DNA of 64,000 bases, taken from Schizochytrium sp. TIO01 (lineage: Eukaryota; Protista; Bigyra: Labyrinthulomycetes). Below, in pieces: positions 32,607 through 41,643 of the stretch. Every line of letters begins with the position of its first letter. The first letter of the stretch is position 1. The position numbers and the translations under genes were made by a program. The notes beneath the pieces were generated by a model, which worked only from the letters and a program-made list of their open reading frames with translations, was not told the DNA's origin and searched no databases. Where the stretch lies: the NCBI GenBank assembly GCA_004764695.1, contig SMSO01000025.1, forward strand, positions 558,001 through 622,000, read 5' to 3'.

Positions 32607-33032
32607 ATGGCAGCAAACGGACTCGTGGGTAGAAGGAGTCTACTCTGGCGAAGCATAGTATTGTTACTCACGCTTGTGGTCTTCGTAGCGCAGGGTCTTT
32701 CTGTGGCGGATGGCAGCGTCGTCTCTGAGACTCGGGTGGCTTTTGTTGAAGAGAAGGCTGAGCGACGAGAGTTAGCTTCTAAACGGCCGAAATGGCTGTC
32801 CAAACGTTGCAGCAAAGCTGCCACCAAGTGCATGTCCAAAACAGTCGCCGCACCAGAGATCTCGAGTTACTCCCAAATGTGTGACTCGCAGACTACATAT
32901 TTTACTGACGTGCTTTCGTGCATGAAGAAGAAAAAATGCAAAAACAAAGCCTTGAAAACGTTTTGTCAAAAGGGCCTGGATCTTGATTTACTAAAAAGCT
33001 TCTGCAGCGTAAGCCTCTGCGCAAACTATTAA
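32607..33032 (+). CDS. Small secreted cationic cysteine-rich protein (8 Cys)
   Basis: Hydrophobic leader IVLLLTLVVFVAQGLSVA, pro-like segment with RR and KR sites, mature part C-x6-C-x16-C-x12-C-x5-C-x8-C-x12-C-x4-C. Confidence 0.8.
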   Translation: MAANGLVGRRSLLWRSIVLLLTLVVFVAQGLSVADGSVVSETRVAFVEEKAERRELASKRPKWLSKRCSKAATKCMSKTVAAPEISSYSQMCDSQTTYFTDVLSCMKKKKCKNKALKTFCQKGLDLDLLKSFCSVSLCANY

Positions 33033-33684
33033 AAAATGTGTTAAATCTAGTTGACAGTATGCAAAATTCACGTTAGAATTGGAGAGAAAGTATATTTGAA
33101 TAGCATTCATGTATGTCAGGGATGCTCGGCTAGTATATGCTGTGTTTGGAGGTTGCTGGCCTGCTAGAATGGTAAACCGTATGTCATTAACAACTTAAAG
33201 AAAAAGAAAAAAAGCTGATACTGCAGCGAAATGCAGTCTTTATTTTAGCTTTTTGTTTTACCTACGACAGGCAGAAGCTCGGCATTTCCTTTTATTATTG
33301 AAAAAGCTAGCATGTTCTCTTGTTCACAAGAAAACTTCTTTGTAACACAAATCCTGTCTATATCTTCGGGTGATAGCTGATCAAAACGAGGAGTCTGGTC
33401 TTCAATAAAACAAACAAACCTTCTTTAATATTTTTTAAACTAACTATTCGAGTTGTGAATTCCCTTCACTCAAATCCTTGTGGTTTCTTGTCTAGGAAGT
33501 GCAGCAGCACCTATATGAAAGTCACGCCATGGATATGTTATTCTGCTAGTATTCAATAAAAATATGACCATCGACATGGGACATGGGTTGGAGAGCAATT
33601 GGAAGCAACCATTAAAGAAATATAACAACAACTACATGCAATATCATATCCTGGTTAACGTCTGACGCAGCTACTTGAATAATA

Positions 33685-35025
33685 TCAGTGAGTTTCAAGG
33701 AAAGTAAGAACGGTAGGCATAAAGGTCTTGCGTGTGATCATGCGACGGATGTGGAAAGCAGTGGACATGTCGGGAGTAGGCATCTGGGCTTTAGTGACAA
33801 TTTCAGGATCATCGATCACTCCAAACCCCTTGTTGACAATGTTTTGCATATCGGGACCAAAGAGCGGGAGGTCGGCAAGGTTCCCAGGAAGGCCCTCGGG
33901 AACTTGTTTGAGCATAGCAACCACAGGAGGCACAATTTGGTCGTTGCGTGCACGCGCAATGACGCTTTTCTTCTTCTTGTCATGGCCGGGTACTTTAGTA
34001 GCCTTGCAAAGACAAAAGAGAGCATCAAGATTATGTTCGTTCATCATTTCCATCAATGCCTCGTCCAGAGTCATGCCATCGGCTCCAGCACGTTCCACGA
34101 ACCCCAGCGCACTGTCGAAGATTGAAGAGAAGCCAATGGTAGATCCCTGAAAGGTGCCACCAGGGAGTGTGGTGCTCTTGAAATCTAGGCGGAGCAAGTC
34201 ACTTGCTGAGAATCCCTCCACATCACCACGTGCAGCAATGAGATCATTATAAAGTTCAGTTTGACCAGCACGATCTGGCAGAACGGATGTAAAACGCTCA
34301 CAAAGTGCCTTGTGCACGCGCACATCGCGGTCATTGTATTTTTTCGCAGATGGGTCAAAGTCCCGCGTGTCAAGCAATATCACACCCAAGAGCATTTTGA
34401 CCAGTTCATCCGGAACTTCAAGGCCTTCCTCGCTAAGAATCTGCTCTGCTACCAGAGTACATGCTGACCCACAGCCTTCATCCAATACACGCACCTGTGC
34501 GTCCTTATACATTCCAAGGTCCTGGTGATGGTCCACGACGGCAAGAACCTTCGTATCCTCCCCAAAAATACCCGAAATTCTGCCCGTGACAGCATTATGA
34601 TCGGTAATTCCGAGGACCGTGGAATCGGAGAGATTTGACTCTTCCGGGAGCTTTCCAGACAGGGCAGCAGCCTCGTCCACGAAAATGAGATTTTCCGAAG
34701 ACACCCCGGCCCTCTCGAAGAGAAGCTCTGCGTCTTTCCGAAGCCTGAATTCTCTACGAGGCACGTTTGCAAGAGCTACCGCGATTTCAGGTGTGCCGAT
34801 GTCCTGCGCATTTGCATAAGTAGATGAATTTGCAGACGAAGTCGAAGAATCTTGGCTCCGCCGTGCTGACCACCACCAAGCCAAACCAATGGAACTCACG
34901 ATCGAGTCAGCATCGCAAGCATCATTTCCCACGGCTACCAGCACACGTCCCTTTTCAGCTGAGCCCTTTTCCAGAGCCAGAAAGGCACTCCTGCCCCTTG
35001 CCAACACTGTCTCGAGCGCCATCAT
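33685..35025 (-). CDS. PRUNE1: Exopolyphosphatase PRUNE/PPX1 (DHH family, DHHA2)
   Basis: GNDACDADS, TDHN, VVDHH, GSACTLV, ILLDT, LLRLDFK motifs; first ATG 35025. Confidence 0.9.
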   Translation of the reverse strand: MMALETVLARGRSAFLALEKGSAEKGRVLVAVGNDACDADSIVSSIGLAWWWSARRSQDSSTSSANSSTYANAQDIGTPEIAVALANVPRREFRLRKDAELLFERAGVSSENLIFVDEAAALSGKLPEESNLSDSTVLGITDHNAVTGRISGIFGEDTKVLAVVDHHQDLGMYKDAQVRVLDEGCGSACTLVAEQILSEEGLEVPDELVKMLLGVILLDTRDFDPSAKKYNDRDVRVHKALCERFTSVLPDRAGQTELYNDLIAARGDVEGFSASDLLRLDFKSTTLPGGTFQGSTIGFSSIFDSALGFVERAGADGMTLDEALMEMMNEHNLDALFCLCKATKVPGHDKKKKSVIARARNDQIVPPVVAMLKQVPEGLPGNLADLPLFGPDMQNIVNKGFGVIDDPEIVTKAQMPTPDMSTAFHIRRMITRKTFMPTVLTFLETH

Positions 35026-35851
35026 ACCCTGAATATACGACAAATTCGAAGCAACCACTGCAGAACAAGTCTTGATACCAGCTAATCAGCTTCCCCTCAC
35101 GAGCGCTTCGCTTATGATGGACTGTCCGTCAGCGAGGTTCCGCCCTCTGCGACGTCGTAGTGATTGATTGATCCTCTATCTTGACAATCACAATTGATGG
35201 ATTTCGCTTTCACTCTTCTACGTTCACTAAATGCGTTGCGCTAAGAAAGAAAAGATGTACCTACCTCTAGAGGTACCTATAACTTTTCATATTTTTGTCT
35301 TCAGTCATGGAAGAAGAGTATTCCAATCTCAGCCAAGCTGCCTTCGCTTTTCATCTCAGGGTCTGCCTGCATGTCCTTCCTCGGTTGACACAGCAACACA
35401 TCATTATCTTCAAACCGGTTGCTGATACTTCTGTTTCTCGGGCTGCGATCCCTTTCTTTGAAGACCCACACAGCTTTATTATGTACATCGATACTAGTGA
35501 CAAACAGAAAGATTGTCACACGCGCACACCTTTCCCTCTTCGGCTTTTGCAGAGTTCCTCGATCATTGTGAATGAAAAGACCACGTTCAGGTGGAGGAAT
35601 AAGTAAAGCTGGGAACTTCTCGTGACATTGTGAGGACTCGCTTACACAAGCAAGTCTTCAAGTTTTTGGGGCCTCAGCTCTTGCAATAGTTTCCCACCTC
35701 TCGACGCGAAGCCCCGTCGCGGATGGATTGCAGGAAAGAACAAAAAGATAAAAAGTCGAAAAGGGAATAAATATCATTTTGCTTTCCAGGACGAAAGAAC
35801 GAGCAAACAGTTTATCAATTGCTGTAGCCTCAAGCAACCTGGTCGCGAACA

Positions 35852-38527
35852 ATGGATCTCGACGATGCAGGCTCGCTGCTGGCGGCCCTGGCCGCAGGCC
35901 CGAGTCCCTCTTCAGCCACCGCTGCCGGTCGACTTGCTGAGATGGCCCTTGGAGGCGAGCTCCGCGACTTCGAATGGGACTGTGACGACGAGCTCCGCTC
36001 GAGTCTCCAGGCAGCTCTTCTGAAGGGCTGGTCTTCAGACTCTGCTCCAGACGTCTCTGCAGCGCTAGACTCCTGTGTCGAGGCTCTTCTTCGCAGCACT
36101 CCTGAGTTTGATGCTGGCGCCCGAGCCGCCGTTTTTGATGCGAGGGTTGCCGACTGTGCCATTGAAGCGCTGTACGTCCGCTCCAGCGCCGCCCTGCACG
36201 ATTCTATCTGCATTGCGTACGCCATTGACGACTCTGGATTTGGCCGCTCACGGATTCGTGCTAGCCTTGGTGGTTTCCTGGCCGCCTGTATTAAGGACCC
36301 GCCTCAAAGTCGCCAAGGTCTTGCAGCTCTGGACGGTGTCTTACAGACAGTTTCCACTATCATACACGGTATGAAGACGCCCTTGAGCTCCGCCGACGAA
36401 CATCTTCTCGCCAAACTTATCATCCCTCTGCATGGTATGCCCGGGAAGGTTTCTCCAAGCGAGTCTGCGCTCGGAGAGATTCATCGCTCCTTGACGAACT
36501 GCGTGTTGGCATTTCTGGATCTTGGCCAAGATAGTACCGAGAACAGTGAGTCTATTACGGATGCAAATCTCAAGGATATCGTCATACAGGGCCTTGCAGA
36601 GTTCTGGCCGTCTGCGTGGGAAGGCAACTCGCCCAAGGAAGTACTTCTATTGCATGAGCTAGAGGCAGTGCTACGGGCTGGTAAGTCATTGGGAGTGTCC
36701 GAGGCTTCCAGTCGTGCCATTGGACGTAAACTTGGCGAGGCCGTCGCCAGCGATAACAGCACGGTGTGTGAACGGGCATTGATGTACTGGAAGCATGAGG
36801 ATACTGTGGAGAAATTGTATGCACTAGATGAAGCCGCTGTACGCCCTGTAGCTGGTGCTTTATTTGCTAATGCACTAACGCACTGGAACCATACTGTAGC
36901 CAAACTTGCGCCGCTGGTTTTGGCTAGTCTTAATGACTATTCCAGGGACATGGTTCTCGAGGCAGCATCCAGGAACGTTCAGAAGGAGTTTACAGACCAG
37001 GCTGAGCTGGAGACCTATGTCGACGCGTTCTTAGAGGTGGCACAGGAAACCAAACAGCGTGAAGATGAGGCCAAGGCCAGTAAGCGTAAGTCATCATCCT
37101 CTACGAAGGACGGCTCCACGTCCTCTGTAGCTGATGAAGACAAAGCACAAATTCCTGCAAAGCGTGATGTTTCATTTATGAATATGATTGTTGGTCGTGA
37201 GCTTGGCCATGGGTCATTCTCACAGGTTTTTCACGCACAACAGGCTGTCAAGGGTAAACCCTCAAAGGAATGGCCCGAGTTCGCCATTAAGCGCATGCAA
37301 GAGCGTCACCGTGACATTGCGCTTCGAGAGGCAGAGATGATGGACGCTGTAAATCACCCTCTTTGCACTCGCCTTGTTGGACTTTACGAAAGTGCAGGTA
37401 ATATTAACCTGGTTATGGAATATGCTGCATCTGGAGATTTACATACAGCACTGGCAACTATTGGTACCTTGGACGAAGATACTACACGCTTTATTGCTGG
37501 TGAGGTCGCCACTGCACTTAATGCCGTCCACGAAGCAGGTCTTATTTTTAGTGATCTTAAACCGGAGAATGTGCTCATTCATGCCAATGGCCACGTGAAG
37601 TTGGGGGACTTTGGTGCCACTCGTCCTATTGAACAAGTTGCACAAGCTAGCATGCCCCTCGAGGGCACCCTTGCCTACCTTGCTCCAGAGCTGTTCCGTC
37701 GTAGAGACGGACCCATGACCAGTGATACTGACGATGTCCTTGAAGTCCCCGAGGCCATCGACTGGTGGGCATTCGGCTGCGTTGTATACCAAATGCTCGC
37801 TGGTCGCCCGCCTCTCTGGGTTGAAGATGAGCGCGAGGCAGCGAAAAGCCTCATTTCCTTTGAAATCGAGCGTTACCCCGAGGGGTTTCCCGAAACTGCG
37901 CAAGCCTTGGTCGACGCACTCCTTACACACGATCCTGAACAGCGTCTCTGCACCAAGGGGGGGATGAGTGATCTCGAGAACCACGAATTCTTTGCGCCCT
38001 TGGGAATGTCTTTTGAGGATCTTCATGAACATCCGGCTCCCAAATTTGTTGTTGGTAAAGTTAAGCAAGAAAATGGTCCCTGGACACAACGTTCTTACTC
38101 CATGATGCATGCCCCCCTACCTGAAGTTTATGCAACTGGAGCAAGCTCTTCCACTTCCATTGTAGTTGACATTCCTGAGGCGGACCAGGAACGTAACTCT
38201 CCATGGAGAGCTTCAGGTCTTATGGCCAAACGCCGATCACGTCAGCTTCCCCCTGTTGGGGAGGCACAGAATTCTGGTATGATGATGCCAAGTGCGCCAT
38301 ACGCGGCTAGCGCATCTTTTGGAGGAGTTCCGCCCGCTTCTTCTCGATCTGGAGTACCTACATCTTCGTTTATGAGTGTGATGCCGGGTATGCTTGGCCG
38401 AGGCGGCGCTGGTGCTGGTGCTGCGCTGCATGGTCGTGGTCGTGGTCGAGGATCCCGGGGCGGTTCAGAAAGCGGTGGTCGTGGCAATCGATTCATGTTT
38501 AAAGGTCTGGATTTATCAGCTGGCTAA
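35852..38527 (+). CDS. PP2A B56-like regulatory domain fused to a PDK1-like AGC Ser/Thr kinase, with RGG tail
   Basis: B56 motifs: STIIHGMKTPL, LIIPLH, LTNCVLAFL, GLAEFWP...NSPKEVLLLHELE, VCERALMYW, HWNHTV. Kinase motifs: GHGSFSQV, FAIK, SDLKPEN, DFG, GTLAYLAPE, DWWAFGC. Confidence 0.9.
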   Translation: MDLDDAGSLLAALAAGPSPSSATAAGRLAEMALGGELRDFEWDCDDELRSSLQAALLKGWSSDSAPDVSAALDSCVEALLRSTPEFDAGARAAVFDARVADCAIEALYVRSSAALHDSICIAYAIDDSGFGRSRIRASLGGFLAACIKDPPQSRQGLAALDGVLQTVSTIIHGMKTPLSSADEHLLAKLIIPLHGMPGKVSPSESALGEIHRSLTNCVLAFLDLGQDSTENSESITDANLKDIVIQGLAEFWPSAWEGNSPKEVLLLHELEAVLRAGKSLGVSEASSRAIGRKLGEAVASDNSTVCERALMYWKHEDTVEKLYALDEAAVRPVAGALFANALTHWNHTVAKLAPLVLASLNDYSRDMVLEAASRNVQKEFTDQAELETYVDAFLEVAQETKQREDEAKASKRKSSSSTKDGSTSSVADEDKAQIPAKRDVSFMNMIVGRELGHGSFSQVFHAQQAVKGKPSKEWPEFAIKRMQERHRDIALREAEMMDAVNHPLCTRLVGLYESAGNINLVMEYAASGDLHTALATIGTLDEDTTRFIAGEVATALNAVHEAGLIFSDLKPENVLIHANGHVKLGDFGATRPIEQVAQASMPLEGTLAYLAPELFRRRDGPMTSDTDDVLEVPEAIDWWAFGCVVYQMLAGRPPLWVEDEREAAKSLISFEIERYPEGFPETAQALVDALLTHDPEQRLCTKGGMSDLENHEFFAPLGMSFEDLHEHPAPKFVVGKVKQENGPWTQRSYSMMHAPLPEVYATGASSSTSIVVDIPEADQERNSPWRASGLMAKRRSRQLPPVGEAQNSGMMMPSAPYAASASFGGVPPASSRSGVPTSSFMSVMPGMLGRGGAGAGAALHGRGRGRGSRGGSESGGRGNRFMFKGLDLSAG

Positions 38528-39312
38528 GGCTAGCTGACTGTTTTGATAGTTGTTCATGAAGCATTACGTTCACTGCCTCGGTAGCACAAATGATGTGTTG
38601 GATGTAGGTTGGTTGGGTGTACATCGGGCAATGATAAAAGGTAGATTTATCAATGGTTCTCCTCAACATCCACCGCATCTACAACCCGTCTCACCGTTTT
38701 CTCTCAAATTCCTCTCTCCCAACCTGCCTTTGTCCATATGTTGTTCTCTTGTTTGTTGAACTCGAATGAGATAATAATTGACCTTCAAGCTCCTTTGTTT
38801 AAAAAACAGTGAACCCTGTGTAGTAGCTAGCTTACCCACATCATGGCCAGCTCATGCGCTGTGATTGTGCTACTCTATCAATATTCCTAACTTCAAATGA
38901 CCAAATATAAATGTCTGACTACAGCTTTTTTAAACTTAACTCTACGAAATGTTTCTGGCCAGTATCACTGTCATATATTAGTACAAGTTTTCAAAGACTT
39001 TCGAAGTTTTTGCTTGGTAACTCTTAAAATGAAACTTCCATCAGCAGAACATTACACCAGATAACATCATGATTTAATAGGTAAAAGGAATATTACTCCA
39101 ATCGAACTTTCAATGCTCTTAAACGCTGTACTTGATGAAATGGACCCAGGACAGGAGAATTTAAATAAACCTTGCAAAAACTCAAATACAGAAGAGTGAG
39201 CACAATTACTTTGAAAGTGTTAGAAGTACTTATAAATGAGTAAAACTGAGCGGGGTAAGATATCACAGGCAAATCATGTTAAAGGAAACGACACAAGTAG
39301 CACATTTTCAAC

Positions 39313-40251
39313 TCAGATCTTCCAGTCAATGGGCTCCAAACCCTGCTCTATAAGGTACGTGTTTGCCCGCGAGAAGCACTTAGAACCAAGAAAAGGCTCT
39401 TTCGTCTTGGCTGCGCCCAAAGGGGAAGGGTGGCTGCTGGTGATGACAAGGTGTTTCGAGCGGTTTACGGAGGCAGCTTTTTGTTGAGCCGAGTTTCCCC
39501 AAAGCATAAACACCAAACCCTTTTTCTCTTTGTTCAATACACGAATGATCTCATCAGTGAAATTTTCCCACCCCTTTTTCTGGTGCGAGTTTGCAGTCGC
39601 TTCCTTCACAGTGAGCACAGTATTGAGCAAGAGAACTCCCTGCTTAGCCCAAGGAACCAAGCAGCCAGTCTTGGGCATAGTGATCTTGACATCACTTACG
39701 GCCTCCTTGTAGATATTACGTAACGAAGGAGGGATCTTAATTCCCTCTTGCACAGAAAATGCGAGGCCGTGCGCCTGGCCTGCTCCATGGTATGGGTCCT
39801 GACCCAGAATGACAACCTTGACCTTGTCAAAAGGGCACAGATCCAAGGCCGAGAACACCATCTCCTTTGGAGGGTAGATCTTAGCGCCCTTGCGCTCTTC
39901 AGCACTCAAGAATGAAAAGAGCGTTTTCCAGTACGTCTTGCTACGTTCACCTTCAAGATGAGCTTTCCATCCTGGCTCTAAGCGCAGTTCCGGGCCCTGG
40001 CCTGCAGGCTTTTGGGACTCCTTCACGGCCTTCTCCGAAGCTTGCTTTTTTGCAGCAGGGATCTCCTTCTCAGCAGCATTGGACTGAGCGCTATTTTTGG
40101 AGTTCTCTTTTCCAACTTCGAGTTCTGAAGCAGTTTGGCTACGTTTCGTGCCCTTGGGCGTGGTAGTTGTGCTAGCCTTCGTGGCCATGCTCGCCATGCC
40201 TGATGCTGGCGAGGCCTTGAAAAAGGACCTCAGTGTTGCTTGCTTCGACAT
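39313..40251 (-). CDS. UNG: Uracil-DNA glycosylase, family 1
   Basis: GQDPYH, AHGLAFSV, PPSLRNI, GVLLLN, HPSPL; ATG 40251 starts MSKQATLRSFF (PCNA-binding PIP box). Confidence 0.97.
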   Translation of the reverse strand: MSKQATLRSFFKASPASGMASMATKASTTTTPKGTKRSQTASELEVGKENSKNSAQSNAAEKEIPAAKKQASEKAVKESQKPAGQGPELRLEPGWKAHLEGERSKTYWKTLFSFLSAEERKGAKIYPPKEMVFSALDLCPFDKVKVVILGQDPYHGAGQAHGLAFSVQEGIKIPPSLRNIYKEAVSDVKITMPKTGCLVPWAKQGVLLLNTVLTVKEATANSHQKKGWENFTDEIIRVLNKEKKGLVFMLWGNSAQQKAASVNRSKHLVITSSHPSPLGAAKTKEPFLGSKCFSRANTYLIEQGLEPIDWKI

Positions 40252-41643
40252 TTTTGCCAGGCCAATGTAATCAGCTTTGGATCGCAAGTCTACTCTGTCA
40301 ACCTTCAATGCGGTTTTGTCTCTGCATTGTCGCTGTTGAAGAGAGAGAGGTTATTCTCAAGTCTCTTGAAAACTACGTTCAGGTACCCAATGAGACTCAT
40401 AGTACCCACATAACAGAAACAATAGTAGTCAAAGTGGTGCCGAAGAAATCTTAACCACGGGACTTGCGATGAAGAGAAGTAGATAACTCTGTTCGAGTGT
40501 TGAAGCCATGACGATCGAGAAGTATATCTTTCAAAGTCCCCAGTGTCGTAATATTTGTATCATTATCTAGGAAAGAGTTAAATAGTAGGTACTAAATACG
40601 TAGAAAGAACTTCCCCCAGAGCCGCAGGGTTTGGATTGTAATATTAAAAAAGGAAAGATGAAGTTTGGGACCGCAAGTTGTCATTCTGAGCCAGATCTAT
40701 TGTGCACTTTTTAGAGGATACGCACTAGTATAGTTAACACTAGGCGGTATTAAAGGCGAGCAACTTGAACTTCATAATGTTTAATATCAACTTCAAATAA
40801 GGCTACCTGAGAGTAAATCTTCTGGTTTGGACCCTTTAGGAGGACTTGCATATTCAGATATTCTTAGGCCTACTCATGGCTATTTTGTGCTAATGAGAAC
40901 TTGAAATACTGGGTTAGGGGTATAATTTCGGTCACGAGGCAACTAGCTATCAAACATGGGTTCTGCAATCGGGTTCCGGAACTTAGTACAGCCCATGGCT
41001 CATCATTGGTGGATGCTGAAAGATTAACCTTTAGTAACTCAAACTGCTGGTACCTGCTCATTCTAATGAAAAAACTATCTTGCAAACAGTGCGGTAGGAT
41101 TTAGCCTGTATGGTAAGATGATGAGTCTGAAATGAACGATACAATCGCGCTATAGCAGGTAGGCACATTTTCGCTTCGAGTGCACGATAGCTCCTTATCT
41201 GAATGATGATGAGCATTACTTGCTCTGCAGATGTTTATTATAAATCGTTGTTCATTAAAGAACACGGTCTCCACAACACATGTGAGAAGGCCTATCCCTC
41301 ATTCTTTTTTGCAAGAATAAGGAAGGAAGACAAAGTTTTCTATGAACTGTATCACTTTATGATTTACTAAAATAGGCATTGCAAATATGATTTGCATATA
41401 TATATATATATAAAGTTTATCTACATTTGTTTTGTAAGAACGCGCTCGCACAGGCAGCAAAGATGCACATTCAAGTTTCATTAACTAGTACTGATCAAAG
41501 TAGTGGCCTCTATAAAAGCCGCTACCTACTGACAGAGTGAGTGAACCTTTTTTGAGTTTGCGACAGTCCCCATCCCTTTTAAACAATCCAACATATACTC
41601 CAATTCACAACAGATCTATCTGAGAAACTGCTATGCAACTTGT

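Noticed and set aside
37439-38110. Medium antisense or alternate-frame ORFs inside real genes (also 54266-54907, 2516-3037, 48790-49305)
   Set aside because: Shadows of well-supported genes, with no motifs of their own.
41119-41203. ATGATGA...CTGA, possible C/D snoRNA
   Set aside because: No terminal stem or rRNA-complementary guide identifiable by eye; short boxes are common in AT-rich DNA.
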